Source: a bacterium
GTDB lineage: Bacteria > Patescibacteriota > Minisyncoccia > JAHIHE01
DNA: 64,000 nucleotides
Assembly: GCA_030693205.1 (NCBI GenBank)
Contig: JAUYBG010000010.1
Location: 130,059 to 194,058, forward strand
Direction: 5' to 3'
The notes under the pieces are model-generated. The model ran no database searches. It saw only the letters and a list, made by a program, of their open reading frames with translations, and was not told the DNA's origin. Numbering within the stretch: position 1 is the first letter of the stretch; each line of letters begins with the position of its first letter. A program made the position numbers and the translations under genes. Shown piece after piece: positions 36,794 to 46,842 of this stretch.

Positions 36794-38317
36794 TTATCTT
36801 TCCTGCGCCCTAACCCGATACTGCAGCGCTTCGGCAATATGCTCTACCTTGATTCTATCGCTTCCGGCCAAATCCGCAATAGTCCGGCCGATCTTGATAA
36901 CCCGATGATAACTTCTCGCGGAAAGGTGAAATTGCTCCATCGCTCTCGATAATATCGCCAAAGCGTCTTCTTCCAGGCGCGAGAACTTTTTCAGTATTTC
37001 CGGGGTCATTTCGGAGTTAGTGCTGATTTTTTTATTGGCAAATCTTTTCTCCTGGATCAGCCTCGCGCGCACCACCCGCTCGCGGATGCGCTCCGAAGAT
37101 TCTTCCAGCGCATCGCTGGCCAGGCTTTCTTTTTTTACTTCCGGAACTTCGACGAAGAGATCCACCCGGTCAAGCAAAGGTCCGGATATTTTTTTCTGAT
37201 ACTTATTTATTTGGGAAAAACTGCAGCGGCATTCGTGATGAGGATTGCCAAAAAATCCGCACGGGCAAGGATTCATGCTGGCGATCAGCGAGAATTTGGC
37301 GGGGAAAGAAAGCGATCCTTGCGCCCGGGAGATCGTTACCGTGCCGTCTTCCAAGGGCTGGCGCAAGCTTTCCAGAAGCTGCCTGGGAAATTCCGGCAAT
37401 TCATCAAGAAAAAGAATTCCCCGATGCGCCAGACTGATCTCGCCGGGCCTGGGAAATTGTCCGCCACCGACCAGCGCGATCGCGGAGGCCGAATGATGAG
37501 GGCTGCGGAAAGGCCGCTCGATCGCAAACGGATCGGTTGAGGACAAAGTTCCGCTGATGCTATAGATCTTGATCACTTCAATCGCCTCCTTTTCGTTGAG
37601 AGGCGGCATGATCGAAGGCATTGAACGGGCAAGCAGGGTTTTACCCGATCCCGGCGGACCGCTCATGATCACATTGTGCGCGCCGCTGGCCGCAATTTCG
37701 AGCGCCCGCTTGGCATGCGCCTGGCCTTTTATAAAAGCCATATTGGTATCGGTGTTTATCCTTTGCTTAAAAGAAAATCTTGGAGCTTTAAAAGGGCTGA
37801 TCTTCGCCTTGCCGATCAAATGCGCTATCAATTGTTGAAAATTTTCTATTGGATAAATCTCAAGCCCGCTGATCAAGCTCGCTTCCAAGGCGTTGATCTT
37901 GGGAATATATAATTTTTTAAATCCTTTGCTTTTGGCAAAAATCGCAATCGGCAGCACTCCGGCCACGTGGCGCAACGCGCCATTTAAAGCCAACTCTCCG
38001 ACAAACACGCTATCCTCTAAATTTATTTTTCCGAGCTGGCCGCTCGCCGCCATCACTCCGATCGCGATCGGCAAATCGTAAGAAGGCCCTTCTTTTTTTA
38101 TATCCGCCGGCGCAAGATTTATCGTAATCCTCGAATGAGGAAATTTAAATCCGGAATTTTTTATGGCTGACTTTATCCGCTCTTTCGATTCCTGCACCGC
38201 CGTGTCCGGAAGCCCGACGACTGTGATCGCCGCGAGTCCCGGAGTAATATCCACTTCCGCTTCGATCTGTATCCCGTCCAGCCCCCAAACCGCGCTGGAA
38301 TTTATTTTTGAGATCAT
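36794..38317 (-). CDS. comM: YifB/ComM family Mg-chelatase-like AAA+ ATPase
   Basis: N-terminal Lon-like domain (VDITPGLAAITVVGLPD), Walker A SGPPGSGKT. 507 aa, typical architecture. Confidence 0.85.
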   Translation of the reverse strand: MISKINSSAVWGLDGIQIEAEVDITPGLAAITVVGLPDTAVQESKERIKSAIKNSGFKFPHSRITINLAPADIKKEGPSYDLPIAIGVMAASGQLGKINLEDSVFVGELALNGALRHVAGVLPIAIFAKSKGFKKLYIPKINALEASLISGLEIYPIENFQQLIAHLIGKAKISPFKAPRFSFKQRINTDTNMAFIKGQAHAKRALEIAASGAHNVIMSGPPGSGKTLLARSMPSIMPPLNEKEAIEVIKIYSISGTLSSTDPFAIERPFRSPHHSASAIALVGGGQFPRPGEISLAHRGILFLDELPEFPRQLLESLRQPLEDGTVTISRAQGSLSFPAKFSLIASMNPCPCGFFGNPHHECRCSFSQINKYQKKISGPLLDRVDLFVEVPEVKKESLASDALEESSERIRERVVRARLIQEKRFANKKISTNSEMTPEILKKFSRLEEDALAILSRAMEQFHLSARSYHRVIKIGRTIADLAGSDRIKVEHIAEALQYRVRAQER

Positions 38318-38329
38318 AGATTTAAATAA

Positions 38330-38818
38330 TTATATTTTTTTAAATTTACCCTTTCCTGTATCGGGCAAAAATTTTTCCAGCAATTTTATCACTCCTATCG
38401 CGATAAACACATCCGCCAGGTTGAAGATCACGATATCTTTAAAATTTATAAAATCAATGATGTATCCGAAACTGACCCGATCAATTATATTTCCCAAAGC
38501 GCCGCCCAAAATAAAACTGACTGCCAGGATCTCTCTCTTCCCCATTTCCCTGAAATTTAATAACTTGCCGCTCGCGAGCCACGCAAAAAATAAAATAATA
38601 ATAATATAAAAAACCCCGGCATTTACCGGAAGGCCAAAAGCAATGCCGTAATTTTTATAAATTTCCAATCTGAAATAATCGCTAATATAAAACGGCGAAG
38701 CCGATAACCAAAATACGGCTATTTTTTTTACCGCCTGATCCAATACAACAAAGCCAATCACTAATAAAACAATGATTGGCAAAAATATTTTTCTGCTAAT
38801 ATTAATTTTCATGCTCAT
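38330..38818 (-). CDS. lspA: Lipoprotein signal peptidase II
   Basis: 4-TM protein with conserved NYGIAFGL and FNLADVFIAIG blocks. Confidence 0.8.
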   Translation of the reverse strand: MSMKINISRKIFLPIIVLLVIGFVVLDQAVKKIAVFWLSASPFYISDYFRLEIYKNYGIAFGLPVNAGVFYIIIILFFAWLASGKLLNFREMGKREILAVSFILGGALGNIIDRVSFGYIIDFINFKDIVIFNLADVFIAIGVIKLLEKFLPDTGKGKFKKI

Positions 38819-38837
38819 AATTACCGTAAATTAAAAA

Positions 38838-38922
38838 TGTCATCCTGAACTTGTTTCAGGATCTTTAGTTTTCTACAAATGGCTCATATTATAGATTCTG
38901 AAATAAATTCAGAATGACAAAA
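38838..38922. repeat. Short foldback element built from two inverted copies of the 22166/22529 hairpin repeat
   Basis: tgtcatcctgaacttgtttcaggatct (38838-38864) and inverted copy agattctgaaataaattcagaatgacaaaa (38893-38922). Confidence 0.5.
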
Positions 38923-39049
38923 CTGATTTTTCATAATCAAGCCCCATTCTAATTTTATTTACATTCATGGCCCCAACACCAAATTCCACAATAAAGTATG
39001 ATTTTATATGTAAGATAATTTCTCGGAATCGCCTACGGCTTGCTCTTTT

Positions 39050-39460
39050 TTATTTACAAAAATTTTCTTTAGAATTGGTGCGGGGTGAACATTTAATACA
39101 GGTCTTTGCTTCAGGGAACGCTTTCAGGCGCTTAATATCGATGGTCTGGGGCGCGCCGCAATTTGTACAAATTCCATAAGTACCGTCATCCATTTTTTTC
39201 AAAGCTTCGTTGATTGCCGCCAGATCTTTTTCCAGCGTATGTTCTACTCCTAAATTATCTTCATACATCTCCACTTCGCTGGCGTTTTCTTCCGGCCGGT
39301 CGCCAACTTGCTCGAATTTAGTGTCAAAATCCCCTTTTAAGTCCTTGCTCTTGCCGGCAAATGTCTCCAGTTGAGCGGTTATTTTGCCCTTTTTTTCAAT
39401 CAGAGCCTTTTTTAATTCTTCTAAAGTCTTTGCGTCAATATTCGCTTTATTTTTTGCCAT
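39050..39460 (-). CDS. DksA/TraR-family C4 zinc-finger protein
   Basis: C-terminal CTNCGAPQ...CIKC four-Cys finger after a coiled-coil region. Confidence 0.6.
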   Translation of the reverse strand: MAKNKANIDAKTLEELKKALIEKKGKITAQLETFAGKSKDLKGDFDTKFEQVGDRPEENASEVEMYEDNLGVEHTLEKDLAAINEALKKMDDGTYGICTNCGAPQTIDIKRLKAFPEAKTCIKCSPRTNSKENFCK

Positions 39461-39698
39461 ATGGATCTTTTGATAAATTACTTAAATCAAATTTTAATTA
39501 CCCTATCATTTTATCATACTTACAATTAAAATCAACACCGGAAGCGAACACGGGATGTTGACCCTGTTAAATCCGGCAGAGCCGGAATTCTGCTTATGGC
39601 AGAATTATTTAACGGGGTTGACAAAATAAAATTTTTAAAGTAAAGTTTACTTAACTTGTTCTTTAAAATTTATATAAAATTAAAAGGAGGTAATAATC

Positions 39699-40757
39699 TT
39701 GATACAGAAAAAACTTAACACTTTCTTCAAAGAACCATTAGATCCTTTAAAAACAACCAGAGGAAGACAATTCGGGCGTAATGGCGATGAAAAATATCTA
39801 ACAGGTATTCCTTGGCCAATTATAGCCGAATCAGAACTGTGGGAAAGCAAAGCGATAAGAAGAATGCCGTTTAAAACCCAGGTTTTTTGCCAGCCGGAAA
39901 ATCCCCATATTAGAAATCGCATGATTCATACCTTTGATGTGATTTCAGTAATTGTGCGAGCTGCTGCTCAACTTGGTTTAAATATTGATTTTTGCCGAGT
40001 AATAGCAATAGCTCATGATTTTGGACACGGACCATACGGCCATCTTTTCGAAACAATTACCGGGATCAAGCACCCTTTGAACGGCGCGAACATATTGCAT
40101 CATATCGAAAGAAAAGGGATCGGATTAAATCTAAACTATGAAATATATAAAGCGGTAATGAACCACTCAAGAGACAGAGCCGATGTACATATGGATGAAA
40201 AAGAAATAAGCGAAATAAGTCTGCTTGTTTGGGCAGACAAAATCGCTTACACCATGTCCGATACAAACGACCTCAAGAGAGAGGGGCTGATCCTCGAAAA
40301 AGATATGCCAGAAGGTATTTTAAAACTCGGCAACGGCATAAATGCTCAAAGAAAAAGAGAAGAGTCTTGCATTATCGCTTTAGTTGAAGAAAGTCTGGAA
40401 AAAGGGAAGATTTCTTTTACAGAAAGCGAGGAAGCGAAAATTTTTAAGGAAACCAGAGATTGGCTGTACAAAAATATTTATACACAGCTGGATTATAAGG
40501 AAGAGAGAATAATTATGGGGGAAGAACTTAAAATAGCTCTCGAACATATCAGAGATAACAGTCTATGCGGAAATCTAGCGCCGGAATTCGCACTAAGCCT
40601 TGCAACGGATCCGGAGGTAAGAAATCTGATTAAAAAACTTAACAAAAAAAACCTATCGAAAAAAAAACGTGAAAAAATAAATATCCCCTCTTTATCCGAA
40701 ATAATCCCATCATTAAACGGCAAAGAAATCGACCACACCAAAAGTCCGCTATGGTGA
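39699..40757 (+). CDS. dgt: HD-domain dGTP triphosphohydrolase-like protein
   Basis: RMIHTFDV...HDFGHGPYGH HD motif. TTG start with AGGAGG 8 bp upstream. Confidence 0.75.
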   Translation: MIQKKLNTFFKEPLDPLKTTRGRQFGRNGDEKYLTGIPWPIIAESELWESKAIRRMPFKTQVFCQPENPHIRNRMIHTFDVISVIVRAAAQLGLNIDFCRVIAIAHDFGHGPYGHLFETITGIKHPLNGANILHHIERKGIGLNLNYEIYKAVMNHSRDRADVHMDEKEISEISLLVWADKIAYTMSDTNDLKREGLILEKDMPEGILKLGNGINAQRKREESCIIALVEESLEKGKISFTESEEAKIFKETRDWLYKNIYTQLDYKEERIIMGEELKIALEHIRDNSLCGNLAPEFALSLATDPEVRNLIKKLNKKNLSKKKREKINIPSLSEIIPSLNGKEIDHTKSPLW

Positions 40758-40778
40758 AATAAAATTTAAAAAACTTAT

Positions 40779-40806
40779 CCGTCAAAATCGTTTGACGGCT
40801 TTTTTC
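40779..40806 (+). terminator. Rho-independent terminator after dgt
   Basis: ccgtcaaaatcgtttgacgg followed by cttttttc. Confidence 0.55.
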
Positions 40807-41345
40807 TTATTTTACCTAAATAAAAGAACAGGGTTGATACCCCGTTCTTTTATTTATAGTTGACGTCAGCACTCTACGACTTGCCATAAAGCAGATTTAA
40901 TATAGCCGACGAAGACGCGAGGCCTTGATAAGCCGATTAAATACTGTGCTTTATGGAAATGAAACGGACCTCCATTTCTTGATCGAATCCATTTCCTCTT
41001 ACTATTTTTATCGTATTTATAGAGTGCGAAGATTTTTTAGTTTAAAATTAAATTGATCTTAAACTCGATTTTAAACAGTAAGAGAAAAATACCGGCCTCT
41101 TTCCCATTTCAATATTTATCTAAACCGTGAAGCGGGCAAATTTCTATTACTCTTTATTGGCAAATATGATTATACCACTATATTTTTTAATTTTCAAGGG
41201 CAATAAGTGTATAACTTTTTAAATAAATACTTCTTGGCTTATCCTCAAACTCTCAAATATCAGTTTAAAAGCAACGGAAGGCCTTTCTTTTTATGACAAT
41301 ATAGTATATAATGGATAAATTGATAATTTCTTAATCAGCGAAGCT

Positions 41346-41840
41346 ATGTCTTCGGACTCTATTTTTTTATTAATGGCAAACCCCTTTATTCAATTGATCT
41401 TTTTCCTGTTTTTATTTTTTTTAAACATAACATTGCTGATAACGTTCCTCTCGCTTAAAAAAAAGATCGGTTTTTTCTTGCAAGGAAAAGACGCCAAGAA
41501 CCTGGAAGAATCGATAGGCAACCTGATCGGCGATACCGCCTTTTTACAGCTAAAACTAAAAAAAATATCTCAAAAACAAGACAAGCAAGAAAAAATACTC
41601 TCTACGGCTATTAAAAAAATTGGCATTGTCCGGTTTAATCCTTTTAACAACACCGGCGGAGACCAGAGTTTTGCCATTGCCTTTTTAAATTCAGAAAATT
41701 CCGGAATTATAATTTCCAGTTTATTCTTAAGAGAAGGAACCCGCATATACGCAAAACCGATCAATAGATTAAAATCTTCTTACCTCTTATCAAAAGAAGA
41801 GGAAGAAGCGATCAAAAAAGCGACTGAAAGCGCCATCTAA
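41346..41840 (+). CDS. DUF4446-like membrane protein
   Basis: N-terminal TM, then the RFNPFNNTGGDQSFAIAFLNSENSGIIISSLFLREGTRIYAKP block typical of that family. Confidence 0.5.
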   Translation: MSSDSIFLLMANPFIQLIFFLFLFFLNITLLITFLSLKKKIGFFLQGKDAKNLEESIGNLIGDTAFLQLKLKKISQKQDKQEKILSTAIKKIGIVRFNPFNNTGGDQSFAIAFLNSENSGIIISSLFLREGTRIYAKPINRLKSSYLLSKEEEEAIKKATESAI

Positions 41841-41863
41841 AATATTTAAGCATCCCTGAAAAC

Positions 41864-43534
41864 ATGGCCGTAAAAAAAACCAAAACCAAACAAACAAACA
41901 AAAGTGTTTTATCTCCGCGCCCGCCTATCGTAGTGGTTATCGGGCATGTTGATCATGGAAAAACCACTCTTTTGGATTATATCAAAAAAACAAATCTGGC
42001 CGCCAAGGAAGTGGGCGGGATCACGCAAAAGATCGGAGCCTATGAGGCGGAAATAGAAAAAAAGGACGGGAAAAAAGCGAGCATCACCTTCCTGGACACT
42101 CCGGGGCACGAAGCTTTCTCCGGCATGCGAAAACACGGGATAAAAGGAGCGGATATCGCTATCCTTGTCGTGGCGGTGGACGATGGCGTCCAGCCTCAAA
42201 CAAAAGAAGCGATAAAGTTCGCGGAAGAAGCCAAGCTTCCAATGGTTGTCGCTTTAAATAAAATTGACCGGCCCCAAGCCGATATCGCCAGAACAAAAAG
42301 CCAGCTATCCGAAGCGGGGGTTCTTACCGAAGACTGGGGAGGACAAACTCTAAGCGTAGAAATTTCGGCCAAAAGCGGCCAGGGAGTAAAAGAACTCTTG
42401 GAATCTGTTCTGCTTTTGACGGAAATGAATGAAATAAACGCAAATCCCGACGATAAAGCCACGGGAATAGTTTTGGAAACAAAGGCTGATCCCAGAAAAG
42501 GGATTTTAACGACTTTTTTGGTTAAAAACGGAACATTAAAATTAAGAGATACTGTTGTTTCTGGCGTATGCATTGGGAAAATTAAAAGAATGGAAAACTT
42601 TCTTGGGAAAAGCGTCACAATGGCTCCCCCTTCAACCCCGGTGGTGGTAATGGGAATGGAAAATATACCCCAACCGGGACAGCTTTTTACCGCTTTTAAA
42701 AATTCCGATGACGCGAAGAAAGCCGTCTTGGGCGCTCGCCGCGAACTGACAGAATTGGAGCAAGCCGAAAAAGAAGAACTCGCAAAAAGAGAAGAGGCTT
42801 TTGCTAAAGAACAAAAGGAAATGGCTCAATCGCCGGAAACGGGAAAAGCTGAGAAAAAATCCGCCCAAGATGGATCCGCCTCAGACGGAGAAAAGAAATC
42901 CGCCAAACCTCTTAATATTTTATTAAAAGCCGATTCCCGAGGAACAATGGAAGCCATTGATTCGATATTAAGCAATCTTAGTTTTAAAGAAATAGACTTG
43001 CATATAACCAAAAAACCTGTTGGCGATATCAATGAAAACGATGTAAAAGAAGCGAGCATTACCAATTCGGTGATAATCGGGTTCAATTCTGCCGTTCCAG
43101 CGTCGGTAAGCGATCTGGCAAAGCAAAAAAAAGTAAAAATAGTTACCGATACGATCGTCTACAAACTGATCGAGGAAGTTAAAAATTTAGCCGCTTCGCT
43201 TTTACCGCCTAAAATAATTAAAACAACGATCGGAAAACTCCAGGTGGTAGCCATTTTTAAAACTAAAAAAGCGGCCGGGGATAACTTTGAAATCGTTTTT
43301 GGCGCCAAAGTGCTCGACGGAAAAATAATAAATGGAGCGGGCATAGAAATATTCCATAATAAAATTTCCACCGGCACCGGCAAAGTGGTAGAATTGCAAT
43401 TCAATAAGGAAATTTCAAAAGAGGTCGCCAAGCCCAACAATGCCGGCATTCATTACCGGGGAAACGCCAACGTTGAAATGAATGATCTTATTGAAGCTTA
43501 CACTGAAGAATCCATCAAGCAAAAATTAGAATAA
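41864..43534 (+). CDS. infB: Translation initiation factor IF-2 (short form)
   Basis: G1 GHVDHGKTT, G3 DTPGH, G4 NKID. C-terminal beta-barrel domains. 556 aa. Confidence 0.9.
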   Translation: MAVKKTKTKQTNKSVLSPRPPIVVVIGHVDHGKTTLLDYIKKTNLAAKEVGGITQKIGAYEAEIEKKDGKKASITFLDTPGHEAFSGMRKHGIKGADIAILVVAVDDGVQPQTKEAIKFAEEAKLPMVVALNKIDRPQADIARTKSQLSEAGVLTEDWGGQTLSVEISAKSGQGVKELLESVLLLTEMNEINANPDDKATGIVLETKADPRKGILTTFLVKNGTLKLRDTVVSGVCIGKIKRMENFLGKSVTMAPPSTPVVVMGMENIPQPGQLFTAFKNSDDAKKAVLGARRELTELEQAEKEELAKREEAFAKEQKEMAQSPETGKAEKKSAQDGSASDGEKKSAKPLNILLKADSRGTMEAIDSILSNLSFKEIDLHITKKPVGDINENDVKEASITNSVIIGFNSAVPASVSDLAKQKKVKIVTDTIVYKLIEEVKNLAASLLPPKIIKTTIGKLQVVAIFKTKKAAGDNFEIVFGAKVLDGKIINGAGIEIFHNKISTGTGKVVELQFNKEISKEVAKPNNAGIHYRGNANVEMNDLIEAYTEESIKQKLE

Positions 43535-43591
43535 CGCGTTTGATCCGTTATTTAAAAAACGCGTAAATATTTTTATAATGCCTATAGTTTT

Positions 43592-43948
43592 ATGACCAGA
43601 AGAATAGAAAAAATCAACAAGCTCTTGGCCCAGGAAGTTTCTAGGCTTTTTTTGACTGAGATCGATTTCCCGGAAGGAATTTTCGTTACTGTCGGCAGTG
43701 TTGACACTTCGCCGGATTTAAAGTATGCTGATATATTGGTCGCTATAATTCCGGACAACAAAACCGGCACCGCGCTGGGCATAATCAGAAAAAAAATTTA
43801 TAAAATACAAAAAGCCCTTGATCGCCGGCTGGAAATGCGGCCCGTGCCGAAACTGAGATTTTCTCCCGCCGCCACGGAGCCGGACAGAATAAGCGAGCTT
43901 TTCCAAAAGATCAAAGAAGAAGAAAAACCGGAAGAAATAAAAGAATAG
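43592..43948 (+). CDS. rbfA: Ribosome-binding factor A
   Basis: RIEKINKLLAQEVSRLF... KH-like fold signature. Follows infB, the conserved gene order. Confidence 0.85.
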   Translation: MTRRIEKINKLLAQEVSRLFLTEIDFPEGIFVTVGSVDTSPDLKYADILVAIIPDNKTGTALGIIRKKIYKIQKALDRRLEMRPVPKLRFSPAATEPDRISELFQKIKEEEKPEEIKE

Positions 43949-43982
43949 CGATTCCAGCGACATAATAAACCAATCAGTTAAT

Positions 43983-45005
43983 ATGGATTTTTTATCAAAA
44001 CCTGTCCTGGCCGAAAAAGACAGCTTACTGTTAGAAAAAATAAAACAAAAAATATCCGATTTTCAGAATTTTAATATTTTCACCCATAAAAATCCGGACG
44101 GCGATGCTGTCGGCTCGATCCTTGCCCTGTATCAGATCCTGGCCGCGAAAGGCAAAAACGCAAGAATGTTTATTTTTGACTCGGCGGACGAACGTTTTTC
44201 TTTTTTCCCAAACTTTGAAAAAATAGAAATCACAAAAAAACCGGAACTTTTGGACAACGCTTTGACAATTTATGTTGACTGCGCCGGGCCTGATCGCACC
44301 GGATTTGAAGAAAAATTTTTCTCCGGCAAGGAGGCTATTGCCATAGACCATCACCTGACCAACGTCCAAAAAAAGCCTGATATGGTCAAGCTCATCAACC
44401 CCGGCGCATCTTCGTCGGCCGAAGTTATTTTTGATCTGGCAACACAATTGGACTGGCCGATGGGACTGGAAACTTCTACCTGTCTTCTGGGCGGATTATT
44501 GGCAGACACCGGCACTTTCCGGCATTCGAACACCTCGCCAAAAGCTCTCCAGATCGTATCCCTTCTGATTAAAAAAGGCACTAATCTAAAAAAAATAGCG
44601 GAGCAATTATTCAAAAAAAGAAAGTTCGGCGGCTCCTTAAAAATATGGGGAGAAGTTCTGAGCCGGGCAGCCGTGGACCCTCAAACCAAGATGGCTTTTT
44701 CTTTTGTCTCGCAAGATGATCTGAAAAAATACGATTCCGATGAAAACGAGCTAAGCGGATTGATAAACTTGCTGGCGGAAATACCGGAAAGCAGATTCTC
44801 GCTTCTGCTGACAGAAACCAGGTTGGGAAAAATAAAAGGAAGCATGCGCTCGGAGCTTTACAAAGGCGTGGATGTGGCAAAGATCGCCCAGGCTTTCGGC
44901 GGAGGCGGCCATAAATTAGCTGCCGGATTTGAAGTAGAAGGAAAAATCGGGGAAAAAGAAAAGGAAATAAAAGAAAAAATTCGGGAAGAATTGCTGAAAC
45001 AATAA
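43983..45005 (+). CDS. nrnA: DHH/DHHA1 phosphoesterase (NrnA-like oligoribonuclease/pAp phosphatase)
   Basis: HKNPDGDAVGS, DHH (IAIDHHLTN), C-terminal GGGH motif. Confidence 0.75.
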   Translation: MDFLSKPVLAEKDSLLLEKIKQKISDFQNFNIFTHKNPDGDAVGSILALYQILAAKGKNARMFIFDSADERFSFFPNFEKIEITKKPELLDNALTIYVDCAGPDRTGFEEKFFSGKEAIAIDHHLTNVQKKPDMVKLINPGASSSAEVIFDLATQLDWPMGLETSTCLLGGLLADTGTFRHSNTSPKALQIVSLLIKKGTNLKKIAEQLFKKRKFGGSLKIWGEVLSRAAVDPQTKMAFSFVSQDDLKKYDSDENELSGLINLLAEIPESRFSLLLTETRLGKIKGSMRSELYKGVDVAKIAQAFGGGGHKLAAGFEVEGKIGEKEKEIKEKIREELLKQ

Positions 45006-45085
45006 TTTATTTTTTACGGATACGGCGCAAGGCGCATCTTGAATTTTTTATCAAATAAGCTTAGAATATAGAATATTGTAATCAA

Positions 45086-45159
45086 GGCCACGTAGCCAAG
45101 TGGTAAGGCAGGAGTCTGCAAAACTCTTATCGGCAGTTCGATTCTGCCCGTGGCCTCCA
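45086..45159 (+). tRNA. tRNA-Cys (GCA), CCA encoded
   Basis: Manual cloverleaf: acceptor GGCCACG/CGTGGCC, anticodon loop CTGCAAA, T-arm GGCAG-TTCGATT-CTGCC. Confidence 0.85.
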
Positions 45160-45182
45160 AACACAAAATCATATGTAAATTT

Positions 45183-45266
45183 GCCGCGGTGGCGGAACTG
45201 GCAGACGCAATGGACTTAAAATCCATCGATCGCAAGGTCATGAGGGTTCGATTCCCTCCCGCGGCA
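45183..45266 (+). tRNA. tRNA-Leu (TAA), long variable arm
   Basis: Acceptor GCCGCGG/CCGCGGC, anticodon loop CTTAAAA, T-loop TTCGATT. Confidence 0.85.
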
Positions 45267-45277
45267 CAAAAATAATC

Positions 45278-46795
45278 ATGGCTAAAAACAATCCAGTCGA
45301 CACAACCGCTTCAATTTGCCCGGAATGCCTAAAAAACATACCGGCTGACATCGTTGAAAAGGCGGGAAAAATACTTTTTAAAAAACATTGTCCCGCTCAC
45401 GGCGACTTCGAAGACATTTATTGGTCCGATTCCGCGCTTTATAAGAAATATAAAAAATTCGCTTGCGACGGGGAAGGCGTATCCAATCCCAATACTAAGA
45501 AAAAAAAAGATTGCCCAAACAGCTGCGGTCTCTGCGCCGACCATAAGACCGGCACGCTTCTGGCAAACATAGATCTGACTAATCGTTGCAACCAAAAATG
45601 CCCGATCTGTTTTGCTAATTCCGCCGTTGCCGGATATTTATATGAACCGAGTTTTCAGCAAGTTAAAAAAATGATGGAAACGCTGCGAAACGAAAAACCC
45701 GTTCCCTGCGATGCTGTTCAGTTCTCAGGAGGAGAACCGACTCTCTACCCCGATTTTATAAAAGTTCTTAAGCTTGCCAAAAAAATGGGGTTCGAGCAGA
45801 TCCAAGTCGCCACTAACGGGGTAAGGGCGTCGCAGGATTTGAATTTTTGCAAAGAAATGGCCAAGGCCGGAATAAATACGATCTATTTCCAATTCGACGG
45901 CCTAAAACCGGAAACTTATCGAAAAATAAGAGGATATAATGCCTTGCCGACCAAGTTAAAAGCTTTGGAAAACTTCCGCTTATCCGGCCTCGACAGTGTT
46001 GTCCTGGTGCCTACTATCGTTAAAGGCGTCAACGATGACCAGATCGGCGACATTATTGATTTTGCTAAAAAAAATTCTGACATAGTGACAACTGTAAATT
46101 TCCAGCCGGTTTCATTTTCGGGCCGAATCGACAGCAAAAAGCTAAAAAAACAAAGGGTTACCGTTCCCGATGTTCTGGACTTAATTGAAAAACAAACAAA
46201 AGAACAAATACAGAAAGAAGACTTTTATCCTATCCCTTTCGTCGTCCCAATTTCTTCTTTTACTGAAATATGGAAAAAATCTCCCCAGGTAAAGTTCACC
46301 GTTCACCCGCACTGCGGAGCAGCCACTTATGTTTACATACGCAACAATAAACTCTTGCCTATTACCAGATTTATCAATGTTGAAAAATTTTTAAACTTGA
46401 TCAAGAAAACAGCCCAAAGCCTCAGCAATCAAGGGTTTATAAACCGAATGACCAATAATGATAAATTTGACAAAGCGGCAGCAGTCGCAAAAATCACCAA
46501 TCATCTTCCTGAAATGATCAGACCGGGAATGTATTCCGAAGGATTGAAGATTTTAAACGAAATAATCGAAATCATCCGGTCGGGGTCGTCTCCCGCTTTG
46601 AAAAAATTCCACCGAAACACGCTCTTTATCGGCATTATGCATTTTATGGATCCTTATAATTTTGACGTTGAACGCGTCAAGCGATGCGGCATTCATTATG
46701 TTACGCCGAATATGAAAATAATTCCCTTTTGCGCTTATAATATTTTCTACCGGGAAAAAACCGAAAAACTTTTTTCAAAACCAATTAAAAAATAA
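45278..46795 (+). CDS. Radical SAM protein with N-terminal Cys-rich zinc-ribbon region
   Basis: CNQKCPIC (Cx3Cx2C) radical-SAM cluster motif with FSGGEPTL glycine-rich SAM site. N-terminal CPEC...CPAHG. Confidence 0.7.
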   Translation: MAKNNPVDTTASICPECLKNIPADIVEKAGKILFKKHCPAHGDFEDIYWSDSALYKKYKKFACDGEGVSNPNTKKKKDCPNSCGLCADHKTGTLLANIDLTNRCNQKCPICFANSAVAGYLYEPSFQQVKKMMETLRNEKPVPCDAVQFSGGEPTLYPDFIKVLKLAKKMGFEQIQVATNGVRASQDLNFCKEMAKAGINTIYFQFDGLKPETYRKIRGYNALPTKLKALENFRLSGLDSVVLVPTIVKGVNDDQIGDIIDFAKKNSDIVTTVNFQPVSFSGRIDSKKLKKQRVTVPDVLDLIEKQTKEQIQKEDFYPIPFVVPISSFTEIWKKSPQVKFTVHPHCGAATYVYIRNNKLLPITRFINVEKFLNLIKKTAQSLSNQGFINRMTNNDKFDKAAAVAKITNHLPEMIRPGMYSEGLKILNEIIEIIRSGSSPALKKFHRNTLFIGIMHFMDPYNFDVERVKRCGIHYVTPNMKIIPFCAYNIFYREKTEKLFSKPIKK

Positions 46796-46842
46796 ACCTG
46801 CCGACATGTTCTAAAAAGATAGCCAAATAATTTGATATTATT

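Noticed and set aside
41290-41320. Candidate sigma-70 promoter (tatataat -10 box) upstream of the DUF4446 gene
   Set aside because: No convincing -35 at proper spacing. AT-rich background makes -10-like hexamers common, so it is not reported as a feature.
45014-45241. 75-aa minus-strand ORF
   Set aside because: Lies across the tRNA-Cys and tRNA-Leu genes. tRNA cloverleaves explain the sequence.
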